Notes under the pieces: model-generated
What the model saw: only the letters and a program-made list of their open reading frames with translations
Told to the model about the DNA's origin: nothing
Database searches by the model: none
Shown here: piece after piece, positions 46,612 through 56,881 of the stretch
Numbering within the stretch: the stretch's first letter is position 1
How the letters are laid out: each line of letters begins with the position of its first letter
Origin: a virus
Strand: one strand, 5' to 3'
DNA: 64,000 bases
IMG/VR virus record: IMGVR_UViG_3300022562_001344
Span: 18,277-82,276 of that record
Translations under genes and position numbers: made by a program

Positions 46612-47166
46612 ATGGCCTTCATAGGGCTCAAGGTGCCCGACGACGCCTCGAGGCTTCTTGCTGGGGTCGAGGTCCCTGGTGAGCGCCACTCGGCCTCCGA
46701 CATGCACGTAACCATTCTGTTCCTCGGACAGGATCTGCCTATCACCGAGGTCGCTAAGGCCATGTGCGCGGCCTTCCAGGTCACCTCGAGGACTCGTCCC
46801 TTCGTCTGTGGGGTCAAGGATGTCTCTTCCTTCCCGCGCGGCGCCGACGGCCTTCCAGTCATCTGCCCCGTCGTGTCCCCGGGCCTCATGGTTCTCAATG
46901 CCGCCCTGAGGGCGGAGTTTGACCGGCTTGGTCTCGGATATTCGAAGAAGTACCCCGAATACAAGCCGCACGTGACCTTGTCCTACGACAGGGTCCCAGG
47001 AGGCCCGGACTCTTACTCCGCCCCTCTCCCCGGCCCCCTGACGTGGACGGCCTCCGACATGGTCATCTGGGGCGGGAACGAGGCCGACGAGATCCTTTCG
47101 GTCAACCTTCCGTTCGTCCTCGGCCCGATTGAGCGTGCCGCGCGCCGGATAGCCAGAGTTGGCTGA
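46612..47166 (+). CDS. 2H phosphoesterase (2'-5' RNA ligase / Acb1-like)
   Basis: Two HxT motifs: MHVTILF and YKPHVTLSY. Confidence 0.88.
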   Translation: MAFIGLKVPDDASRLLAGVEVPGERHSASDMHVTILFLGQDLPITEVAKAMCAAFQVTSRTRPFVCGVKDVSSFPRGADGLPVICPVVSPGLMVLNAALRAEFDRLGLGYSKKYPEYKPHVTLSYDRVPGGPDSYSAPLPGPLTWTASDMVIWGGNEADEILSVNLPFVLGPIERAARRIARVG

Positions 47167-47270
47167 CATCTTTTCCAAGCGACCTGAAGCCGGAACTCGC
47201 GCCCAGGCTCCGCCGCCGCTTCCGTCGCCTCGGAGGGCCGACCTAGACCTGTTATCCGCACCGCTGTTCG

Positions 47271-47729
47271 ATGGCCTGTGAAAACCAGAACTGTCAATGC
47301 GGTTCCGAGTGCAAGTGCGGCGGTGAGTGCTCGTGCGGACGTCCGAGCCTCGCCTCCAGGGTCGCCGCGAAGTTCCTGGAGGCTCAGGAGCCGGCCTTCC
47401 CCGACTTCTGGGTTACCCGGGAGGACATCGCGGAGGTTTGCCCACCCTGCGCGGAGCGCATGGCCTCGCTTCGGATTTCGCGCGTCCGCGCGTCCGCGAT
47501 CTTCGGCCAGGACATGCTTCGCATGGCCGGCGAGGAGACCGCGGACAAGTGGAAGGGCATGCCGCATGGATGGACCAACGAGTCCCGTAAGAAGTTCTGG
47601 GACTCTGTCGGCGGGTCCGTCGACAAGTGCATCGACAAGATGGGCGGGAAGGTCGACGATCCCGGCGCTTTCTGCGCCTCCCTGAAGGACCGGGTCGAGA
47701 AGTCGACTCATTGGCGCGGCGAGGATTAG
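47271..47729 (+). CDS. small protein with Cys-rich N-terminus and RVAAKFLE tag
   Basis: CENQNCQCGSECKCGGECSC, CPPCA, KCIDKM..DDPGAFCASL. Confidence 0.75.
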   Translation: MACENQNCQCGSECKCGGECSCGRPSLASRVAAKFLEAQEPAFPDFWVTREDIAEVCPPCAERMASLRISRVRASAIFGQDMLRMAGEETADKWKGMPHGWTNESRKKFWDSVGGSVDKCIDKMGGKVDDPGAFCASLKDRVEKSTHWRGED

Positions 47730-49732
47730 TCCGTCTGCCACGACCCTGGGTCTAGGCCCTCCGGGTCCGCCTCTATCTTGTCCGACGGCCCGACCGCTGT
47801 CTCCGGGGTCCCCTCCCGTGGCGACTCGCGAAGGCCTTCCCTATATTCGTCCTCCGAGATGCGCTGCGTATCCAGCATGGCCTTCATGATCCTGTGGAGC
47901 AGCGCCATCCTTCCCGGAGTTACCGCCCCGTTTGGCCCGAAGTACGCTCCGTTCGGACGGGGGAGCACCGACGCGAGGAGCAGGGACTGTGAGAGGGACA
48001 GCTGCATTGGCTCGGCATTGAAATACTTCTTGGCGGCAGCCTTGATCCCGTACACGCCCGGCCCGAACTCGACCACGTTCATGTAGAGCTCAAGGATCTT
48101 CTCCTTTGACAGCTCTTGCTCCAAGTACGTGGTGAGGACAGCCTCTTGGAGCTTCCGCGAGAGGGTCTTCTCCCTCCCGAGCCACAGGTTCTTTGCGAGC
48201 TGCATCGTTATGGTGCTGCCGCCGCGCGCGAACCTCCCCTCATGTATGTCGGCTTTTAGGGCGTTCTCAAAGGCCTCCACCAGAAACCCATGGTGTCCGT
48301 TGAACCCCGGGTCCTCCATCGTCTTCAGGGACATTGGGACGAACCTGGAGACGAGTTGGATCGGGACCCACTCCGGTGATCCTGGCCCTGTCCTGACTTC
48401 GCGCTCTTTCTTGTCGTAGCCGAGCGCTTTCCTGACGAAAGGTCTTCGAAGGGACTTGACGCTGATCCCGTCCGGAAGGTTTTCCACGGAGCATCCGTTC
48501 TTGAGTTTGATCCTGACGTCCGGCTTCTTTCTGTCCGGTAGGTCCACGTCCACCTGGATCTTCCAGGACAGTTTGCCAGACAATCTCGCTCCCGGCGTTA
48601 TCGTCCTCACGAGAGCTCTTGGCACGGAGTCCAGGACGTCCTGGCAGTCTGACTCGTCCATTTCCGACCGAAGCTGGACTTCTGCCCGCCCGACCTCTGC
48701 TTCCGCATGGACCGTGGCTTTTCCGATGTGGATGTCTGCTACCGCCTGTGTCCCGGAGTCCATCAGTCTGGCGTCTCCAGATATTTCCACCCTCCCCGTT
48801 TCGATCTCCGAGTTCGTCAGTGCTCTGTGAGACGTCCCTATTGACCCAAACCATGCTTTTCCGCTTAGTCCGTCTGTCCGGATCTTTGCCTCCGCCCCAA
48901 ACTTTATGAGCCGTATCCTGCCCGGAATCTCCAGGTGTTTAGCGGACACTGACGCTGCGATCCCTCCGGGCATCCCGCTCATTGAGGCGATCAGATCCTC
49001 CGCCTCCGCCTTCCGTTTTCCGATCTCTGCTATCGCCCTCTTTGCTCGTACCCTGACGGGCGACTTCATTGCGGGGACTGCTGGCATCCTGAACCCGGCA
49101 CCTTCCGTTTCTCTGCGCTCTTCCCTTCTTTCCGGGATCTTGACTTCAGCGTCTTTCACGGTTATCTCGTACCCGTCCTTTTCTTTCCATAGGTCCAGGC
49201 CGGAAAGTCTTACCTCTCTCTTCCCGGATTTCGTTGTGACGAGCTCCGCGTGAGCCTTCCCGTTCTCCCACGAGACCCCGGCCGCAGCTACCTCAGAGTT
49301 TCCCCCGTCCGGGCCTTTCCACACGACTTTGATGCCGTGCACGCTCTTCTTGATTCCCGGGCCTCCGTTTCCTCTCCCGTTCCCTCGTCCGGGCCACCCT
49401 TGGTACATCCGTTCTAGGTCCTTCGCCCTCCCATTCAGGGAGATGGACCCGCCCTCCGCTTGAACAACCTTGACCTTCATCCCGCTCAGCTCGACCTCTA
49501 TCGAGTTGAGGCTCACCTCTTGGCCAGGGAAGAACGGGGAGGTTATCTGCACTTCCTTTAGCCGGACGGACCCCGGATGGATGGACACGTCTCCTGCTTT
49601 CAGGACTAGCCCGCGCCCACGTGCCCACTCTTCTGCTTTGTACCTCGCGTAGTGCGGGGCTGCGGCCGCAGATCCACCCAATGCCGCGACGACGACCACC
49701 GCGTACACGACTGCTTTGTGTCGTTTCTTCAT
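47726..49732 (-). CDS. membrane-anchored peptidoglycan transglycosylase (GT51, no transpeptidase)
   Basis: N-terminal TM; EDPGFNGHHG, GGSTITMQLAKNL, RKLQE, KEKILELYMNVVEFG, LPRP. Confidence 0.9.
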   Translation of the reverse strand: MKKRHKAVVYAVVVVAALGGSAAAAPHYARYKAEEWARGRGLVLKAGDVSIHPGSVRLKEVQITSPFFPGQEVSLNSIEVELSGMKVKVVQAEGGSISLNGRAKDLERMYQGWPGRGNGRGNGGPGIKKSVHGIKVVWKGPDGGNSEVAAAGVSWENGKAHAELVTTKSGKREVRLSGLDLWKEKDGYEITVKDAEVKIPERREERRETEGAGFRMPAVPAMKSPVRVRAKRAIAEIGKRKAEAEDLIASMSGMPGGIAASVSAKHLEIPGRIRLIKFGAEAKIRTDGLSGKAWFGSIGTSHRALTNSEIETGRVEISGDARLMDSGTQAVADIHIGKATVHAEAEVGRAEVQLRSEMDESDCQDVLDSVPRALVRTITPGARLSGKLSWKIQVDVDLPDRKKPDVRIKLKNGCSVENLPDGISVKSLRRPFVRKALGYDKKEREVRTGPGSPEWVPIQLVSRFVPMSLKTMEDPGFNGHHGFLVEAFENALKADIHEGRFARGGSTITMQLAKNLWLGREKTLSRKLQEAVLTTYLEQELSKEKILELYMNVVEFGPGVYGIKAAAKKYFNAEPMQLSLSQSLLLASVLPRPNGAYFGPNGAVTPGRMALLHRIMKAMLDTQRISEDEYREGLRESPREGTPETAVGPSDKIEADPEGLDPGSWQTD

Positions 49733-49841
49733 CTGGGTCTGTCTTACACTTGCCGGGTGTTTCCCGGATCTCGTTGATCTTTTAATAATGGAAAGCGCCG
49801 CTGCTTCGTAGCGTGACTTCGACTGAAAGGAGTCACGATCA

Positions 49842-51011
49842 ATGCCGCAGACCCAGCCCATGCAATGGAAGAGGGGCGACTTCCACACCTTCTACGCCCA
49901 GATGAAGATCCGCGTCGGCGGCGTGAACGGGAACCAATCCATCGACATCCTCGCCGGGGACGAGTTCGAGTACGATGGGAGCATCGTCAAGTACGCCGGT
50001 GCTGAGTTCCCGCAGCCCGGCCTCCGTGGTGCCGTCAGGGACGGATGGGCGACCCTGGATCCGGACGGGCAGATTCCTGCGGCTTTCTCCGCCGTTAGGA
50101 GCGTTGCTAAGTCCCAGACGATCAACAAGGACTTGAGCCGCGTCCAGCGCACGGCCCCGGTCCCCATGGAGTCCGACAGCCTGGACGAGGAAACCGTTCT
50201 GGAGATTGGCGATCGTTCGGCCGCCATGGACCCGGTTACCGGGAAGGGACACCTCACCAAGGATCACAATCGCCGGAAGGCCTCCATGACCGGCCACAGG
50301 GCGACGCTGCAGAGTATGCAGGTCACTCAGAGTGACCTCGACCAGCAGGACCACACCCCGATCGCCAAGGTCAAGTCCAGGGCCAATCTCGGGGCCGTCG
50401 ACATCACCAAGGGGAACAACTCCGGACTCGCTCGCGAGATCGAGACGCGGAGCCACGAGACCGGATATGGGGCTTATGACGGACCCCGGAGGGGGAAGAA
50501 TGTCGTCGAGCGCGAGGGCGTCACCATCGTCACGAACGTCGGGGACATGGACCGTTCCGTCCAGGTCGGGGACGAGGAGGGTGGCGTCGTTGTCGGAAAG
50601 GTTCGCCACACTGACACCAAGCGCACCCGGGAGGGCGTGGAGGTTCAGGACACGAGCGGCCGCCCCGGAAAGCCCAGGACAGCCGCGAAGGCCAAGGCCG
50701 CTGCCAAGCCCAAGGCCGCTGCCAAGCCCAAGGCCGTCGCCAAGGCCGTGAAGGTCGTGACGAAGCCTGCCAAGAAGGCTGTTTCTCCGGCCCCTACTCC
50801 TGCTTCCGGATCCGCAGCCAAGCTCCGCATCGCGAAGAAGATCTGTTCGGACTTCCCGGAAGATTGGAACTTTTTCGGGAAGACGGAGGACAAACTGGCC
50901 CGGCTCAAGGAGCTCGGGTCCGACCCCGACTTGATCGATGCTCTCTTCGCCTCGGAGAGTTCTTCCGTGAAGTCTGCCCTCCAGAAGGCTTTCCCCGGCC
51001 ATTTCTCCTGA
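49842..51011 (+). CDS. hypothetical protein with histone-H1-like AAKPK repeats
   Basis: AAGGAG SD; AAKAKAAAKPKAAAKPKAVAK. Confidence 0.8.
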   Translation: MPQTQPMQWKRGDFHTFYAQMKIRVGGVNGNQSIDILAGDEFEYDGSIVKYAGAEFPQPGLRGAVRDGWATLDPDGQIPAAFSAVRSVAKSQTINKDLSRVQRTAPVPMESDSLDEETVLEIGDRSAAMDPVTGKGHLTKDHNRRKASMTGHRATLQSMQVTQSDLDQQDHTPIAKVKSRANLGAVDITKGNNSGLAREIETRSHETGYGAYDGPRRGKNVVEREGVTIVTNVGDMDRSVQVGDEEGGVVVGKVRHTDTKRTREGVEVQDTSGRPGKPRTAAKAKAAAKPKAAAKPKAVAKAVKVVTKPAKKAVSPAPTPASGSAAKLRIAKKICSDFPEDWNFFGKTEDKLARLKELGSDPDLIDALFASESSSVKSALQKAFPGHFS

Positions 51012-51044
51012 TTCATCAGGGCTTTGATGCGGCTGTCCTGGCGT

Positions 51045-51389
51045 ATGAGCGTGCCCAGGACAGCCGGCGGGGCCACCGTCTTCATTCAGGAGGAGCTCTC
51101 CAACGCCCGCCGTCAGTGTGAGGCCTTGAAGCGTTCCATGGTGAAGGCCCTGGACCTGATCCATGCCAGCAAGAAGGCCGACCACTTCTATGAGGTGGCC
51201 GGGGACGTCATTCACGCGGCACCTCAGGCCCTGATGGAGCTCGAGCGGTCCTTGAACGCGACGGCCCTTGCCGTGAACAAACTGGACTACGAGGAGCTCC
51301 GCCAGGTGCTTCGTCCGGACAAGGTTGACGAGCTCGAGCGCGTCCTGGAAGATGTTCGGATCAGGATTCCGCGAAGGACCGGAGGCTGA
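51045..51389 (+). CDS. helical hypothetical protein
   Basis: MSVPRTAG N-terminus. Confidence 0.7.
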   Translation: MSVPRTAGGATVFIQEELSNARRQCEALKRSMVKALDLIHASKKADHFYEVAGDVIHAAPQALMELERSLNATALAVNKLDYEELRQVLRPDKVDELERVLEDVRIRIPRRTGG

Positions 51390-51390
51390 C

Positions 51391-52644
<1,254 letters not shown>

Positions 52645-52664
52645 AGTCCGGTAGGAGGCTCCCG

Positions 52665-53108
52665 ATTCCTACGTACGACTATCGCTGCACCAACGATGAC
52701 TGTGTCAACGTCCAGGAAGAGGACGCCAAGATCAGTGAATTCAAGGGTCTTAGGCCTATCTGCATCGTTTGCGGTTCCGAGTGCGAGTATGTCTTCACTC
52801 CTACCATCGTCCAGTTCGCCTTGAAGGACGGTCCGAGTGGTTCCTGGCCGTCCAAGGGAAACCGCTTCAAGAAGTACCGGGCCGACCAGAGCGAGAAGAT
52901 GAAGCGGAAGCAGACGGACCGGTACGGGCATTTGAACCGGGACTGTGTCCCGAACTACCAGGGACAGCTCACGGAGGACTGGAGCGAAGCGCAGTCTCTG
53001 GCGATGAAGGACAAGGATAGGAATCCCGATTCCTTGGCCACGGCCGCCACCTTCAATGGCCAGATCAACAAGGAAAAGAAGAAAAAGGGAAGCCCCGTTT
53101 CTGGCTGA
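52665..53108 (+). CDS. FmdB-family zinc-ribbon protein with probable ATT start
   Basis: AGGAGG-N6-ATT CCT ACG TAC GAC TAT CGC TGC = (M)PTYDYRC..C..CIVCG, in frame with ORF 52821-53108. Confidence 0.75.
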   Translation: MPTYDYRCTNDDCVNVQEEDAKISEFKGLRPICIVCGSECEYVFTPTIVQFALKDGPSGSWPSKGNRFKKYRADQSEKMKRKQTDRYGHLNRDCVPNYQGQLTEDWSEAQSLAMKDKDRNPDSLATAATFNGQINKEKKKKGSPVSG

Positions 53109-53142
53109 CCGGGTCGGCCTTTAATCCCTCGGCCACGCCGGA

Positions 53143-53805
53143 ATGTCGAGGTCGATCTCCGTATACAGGCGCAAGGACAACCTGGTTGACCTCCTCGTCC
53201 GGCATAGGGCTGGAAAGACCGGGTTCCGCTTCGGGGCTGCGTCCAACTTCGACGCAGCCTTCACGACTTTCGCGACCGTCCCGAATTACGGACTTAGGTC
53301 ACCGTCCGTGCCCGAGGCATACGCCGGGAGCGTTGGCGGCCAATTCCGGGACCAGGCCAGGTTTATCTTCGATCCGGCCGACTACGTTGCCACTGCCGCG
53401 GCTCTCATCGATACCGCCCCCTTCTTCCTGCGCATCGAAGCTAGGAACCCCGACGGGAGCTTCGATACGCCGGAGGCGATGCACCTCATCCTGCCGCCTC
53501 CGATCGAGCCGAGGCGTGCCATCAACCTGCGTGGGACCATTCCGATCGGGGCATCCCTGGCGACGGCGCTCGAGATCCAACTCCCGGGTCAGTGCAACGA
53601 CTTCAGCATCATGAACGACGGCGGAGCGAACATGTTCGTTGCCTTCCATCCGACTGGCGGTGAGTACCAGATCTTCCCGGTCACGGGCGAGTTTTGGACC
53701 ATGGAGCAGTACCTGACGTCCATCTCACAAATCTTCGTCCGCGGCAACGGTGGCACAACCACCGCTTCGATGAATTTCACTCTCAAGAACGACCCCACTG
53801 TTTAG
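53143..53805 (+). CDS. probable virion structural protein
   Basis: beta-rich 220 aa at start of structural cluster. Confidence 0.6.
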   Translation: MSRSISVYRRKDNLVDLLVRHRAGKTGFRFGAASNFDAAFTTFATVPNYGLRSPSVPEAYAGSVGGQFRDQARFIFDPADYVATAAALIDTAPFFLRIEARNPDGSFDTPEAMHLILPPPIEPRRAINLRGTIPIGASLATALEIQLPGQCNDFSIMNDGGANMFVAFHPTGGEYQIFPVTGEFWTMEQYLTSISQIFVRGNGGTTTASMNFTLKNDPTV

Positions 53806-53843
53806 TGGCCTCTTTATTGGGCCGACCGTCCTAGGAGATCCAG

Positions 53844-54434
53844 ATGACAATCACTCTTGCCAGGGTCGTGAACGAGCAGACGCTCCCTCAGGGCATCTCC
53901 AGGGACGGCTCAATCCTTCTCGACAAGATCGACAAGAGCCAGGGGAACTCGGAGCAGCCTCCGTACGCCCAGGTGCCGAAGCAGAAGCTGTACGTCCCGT
54001 ATGCGAACCCGATCGACACGGCCGTCAAGGGGTACGTGGACCTGGTCATGACCGACGAGGTCATGCTTCAGCTCGCCGCGGACGGGAGCATCGGTGGCCT
54101 GGCTGCCAAGACCCCGCCTGACGTCAGCGTCGCCCTCGTCGCCTCCAACCTGATCGCGACTCCGGTCGTGACGGGAGCCGCGGCCGACGCCCCGGGCGCC
54201 GGCGACATCACGATCGACGGGACTACCTTCCTCTCTGTCTCTCCCGACAGGACCAGGGTCTACCTCACGAATGCTGGCGGCGACATCCAGATCATCGAGG
54301 AGGCCGACTTCGACACTCACACCGCGACCCAGATCATCATTCTGGCAGCGAAGATTACCGGCTCCGTCGCCGCAGGCTGGAAGGCCCAGGTCTTCGCGAA
54401 CTCGAAGTACAGCAACCTCTTCACCGTGACCTGA
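53844..54434 (+). CDS. probable virion protein, C-terminal IPT/Ig-like
   Basis: AGGAG SD; PVVTG..ITIDGTTF..YSNLFTVT. Confidence 0.6.
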   Translation: MTITLARVVNEQTLPQGISRDGSILLDKIDKSQGNSEQPPYAQVPKQKLYVPYANPIDTAVKGYVDLVMTDEVMLQLAADGSIGGLAAKTPPDVSVALVASNLIATPVVTGAAADAPGAGDITIDGTTFLSVSPDRTRVYLTNAGGDIQIIEEADFDTHTATQIIILAAKITGSVAAGWKAQVFANSKYSNLFTVT

Positions 54435-54454
54435 TCAAGAACGGAGCAGCCCAG

Positions 54455-55288
54455 ATGCGCATTGGAGTCGTACGTGATGACATGGGTCGGGGCCTCCACC
54501 TGGACGACCTCATGCCCAGGAACCAGTACCCCTACGCCAGCCAGGTCGCCGGCCAGTCCCGCGTGATCCGGAAGCCGTCGGACGATGAGCTCGCAGCCGC
54601 CGTCGCAGCTTACCCGGCCCCCGTCTTCCTGCTTGGTTCGGATACGAACGCTGCGGTCGACACATCGGTCAACGACACGCTCAAGATCCGTGCGTCTCTT
54701 CAGGACGCGTACACGTCCATCGCTGTCACGGCCGGGGCGGCCACGGCCAAGACTACGATTCGTGACGATCTGAACACTGCGTTCACTTCCAACGCCCTTC
54801 CCTTCATCGCCTCCGTCGTCGGGACGAACCAGATTCAGATCACGTCGGTCGCTCCGAACGTGGGCCCGGGTGCACTCCTGGACATCGACACGGTCGCGAA
54901 TGGCTCGATCCTCAACACTCCGCTCGGGCTCGCCGACGGCGCGACGGTCACTGGATCGTCCACCGCGGGCCTCGTGTCGGACATCAAGACGGCGGTTTAC
55001 CCGACCGCCGTCACGATCGATGTCTCACAGGCGACGGTCGTCGGTGCGAATGCGGACTTCACGAATCTCTCCGCCGGTGACAAGACTGCTCTCACCGCTG
55101 CCATCGCGGAGCTCGTCGCCCCGTACTTCGTCGAGACGGGTGACGTCCTGAATTCGTTCGCGAACGGGAAGCTTTCCGTGGCGCGGGTCGCCACCTTCCG
55201 TCCGGACGGAGACAGGGCCGGATACCCGACCGGCATCGCGGTCGCCGCCGTCGCGGACGACGGGTCGACTCCCTTCACCTACCCCTGA
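54455..55288 (+). CDS. virion structural protein (paralog A)
   Basis: Ala/Thr-rich; alignable end to end with 55302-56117. Confidence 0.7.
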   Translation: MRIGVVRDDMGRGLHLDDLMPRNQYPYASQVAGQSRVIRKPSDDELAAAVAAYPAPVFLLGSDTNAAVDTSVNDTLKIRASLQDAYTSIAVTAGAATAKTTIRDDLNTAFTSNALPFIASVVGTNQIQITSVAPNVGPGALLDIDTVANGSILNTPLGLADGATVTGSSTAGLVSDIKTAVYPTAVTIDVSQATVVGANADFTNLSAGDKTALTAAIAELVAPYFVETGDVLNSFANGKLSVARVATFRPDGDRAGYPTGIAVAAVADDGSTPFTYP

Positions 55289-55301
55289 TCAGGAGCATGA
55301 A

Positions 55302-56117
55302 ATGAGAGCCGGATTCGTCAACAGGACCGACCTCCCCAAGGGCCTCTACATCGACGACATCGAGAACACTTCCCAGAGGAATTTCTCGAGCCAGCCGAAG
55401 GGCCAGAGCCGCGTCCTGCGCCGCCCCACGGACGACGAAGTTCTGGCCGTCATGGCGGCGCACGCGATCGTCACGATCCGCGGCACCGACACGAACGCCA
55501 CGGTCGACACGACCGGCGCGAACGGGACGAAGCTCAACATCAGGACCTCCGCCTCGGCCGCGTACACCCAGGTGACGGTCACCTCGAACGCCGCCCTCGC
55601 GAAGACCCAAATCGCGGCCGAGCTCAACACCGCGTTCATCAACGCCGGCCTCGGCCTCACCGCCAGGGTCGACGGGTCGAACCGTCTCATCATCGAGACG
55701 ACGGCCGGAGGCCCGGACGCGTACGTCGCGATCTCCGCCGCCAGTCCGTCGACCGCCGCCTTGCACACGGTCCTCGGCCTCGCGGCCGCGGCCACGACGG
55801 GCCTCAGCCTCGCGGCTTTGAGGACCGCGGTCTACCCGACGGCTGCCACGATCGACGTCTCGAGCGCCACCATCCTCGCGCTCTCCACGTTCTCTTTGCT
55901 TGCCACAGCGGCTCAGACCGCGCTCGTCGCCGCCGTCGCGGACGCCGTCGCGCCGAGCTTCACTGAGACCTCCCTGGTTCTCCTGTCGTTCGTGAACGGC
56001 GTGCTCGGGAAGGCAGCGGACGCCGCGTTCCAGCCCGGCGGGACTCGCATCGGCCTCACCGCTGGACCGGCCATCGCTTGCGTCGAGGACGACGGGTCCA
56101 CTCCGTTCACCGTCTGA
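55302..56117 (+). CDS. virion structural protein (paralog B)
   Basis: GQSRVLRRPTDDE, DTNATVDT, AVYPTA, DDGSTPFT shared with paralog A. Confidence 0.7.
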   Translation: MRAGFVNRTDLPKGLYIDDIENTSQRNFSSQPKGQSRVLRRPTDDEVLAVMAAHAIVTIRGTDTNATVDTTGANGTKLNIRTSASAAYTQVTVTSNAALAKTQIAAELNTAFINAGLGLTARVDGSNRLIIETTAGGPDAYVAISAASPSTAALHTVLGLAAAATTGLSLAALRTAVYPTAATIDVSSATILALSTFSLLATAAQTALVAAVADAVAPSFTETSLVLLSFVNGVLGKAADAAFQPGGTRIGLTAGPAIACVEDDGSTPFTV

Positions 56118-56162
56118 TTTGCGCGTCAGTTCAGTAAGGTAACGGTCTGAAGAGACGGACCG

Positions 56163-56420
56163 GTGCCAGAGCTGATGAACACTCACACGGATTCGGAAGA
56201 GTACGAGACCCACGACATATACCTCGCGGCCTATTTCAAGACCGCCGGGTGCGTCATGGACCGCCGCTACAAGAACGGCCGACGCTGGTACTTCGTTTTC
56301 TCGAACCCGGGAGGAACGGTCCGCGAGCTTCGCGAAGCCTACTTCTCCGGGAAGGCGCAGGTCGTGGCCAAGGACTACGCAAAGGAAGTCCAGGCCATGA
56401 AGGAATTGTGCTTCGAATAA
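56163..56420 (+). CDS. DUF5659-like small protein
   Basis: YETHDIYLAAYF..G..WYFVF..YF pattern. Confidence 0.65.
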   Translation: MPELMNTHTDSEEYETHDIYLAAYFKTAGCVMDRRYKNGRRWYFVFSNPGGTVRELREAYFSGKAQVVAKDYAKEVQAMKELCFE

Positions 56421-56447
56421 CGCAACGCGTTATCGATAGAGTCCAGG

Positions 56448-56866
56448 ATGGTCTGGACGATCTACTGTCACATCCACCGTGAGTCAGGGCGCCGTTACGT
56501 CGGGCTGACCAAGCGGACCTGGCAGGAGAGGTGGCGCGGCCATCTTCACGAGCTCTCAGGAAGGCGTGGCGGGACCCGGAGTACCGGAGGCGCCTTTCTG
56601 AGAGCTCGAGAGAGGTGAACGCGCGCCCCGAAGTGAAGGCGGCCATCTCCGCCTCTGCTGTTTCCCGTCCCGGCAAGAGCAGCCGCTTCCGCGGGGTCTG
56701 TTGGAATAAAGCGCTTGAGAGATGGAGGGTCTCCCTCTGGCTCAATGGGAAGACCCTAAATCTCGGGCACTTCGCGGACGAGGAAGAGGCTGCCCGCGCT
56801 TATGATCAGGCAGCCTTGGTCCGGCTCGGCAAATCGGCTGTCTTCAACTTCTCGATAGGGCGCTAA
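56448..56866 (+). pseudogene. disrupted GIY-YIG homing endonuclease with AP2 domain
   Basis: 56448-56618 MVWTIY..GRRYVGLT..ERWRGH (GIY-YIG start) out of frame with 56531-56866 WRDPEYR..SRFRGVCW..LGHFADEEEAARAYD (AP2). Confidence 0.7.
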
Positions 56867-56881
56867 TCCCTCAACCGTGAC

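Noticed and set aside
42356-49732. Host chromosomal DNA (prophage boundary or chimera) given two-component genes, pyrF and transglycosylase
   Set aside because: These genes are interleaved with ORFs bearing the phage-specific tags and promoter motifs and are flanked by virion genes
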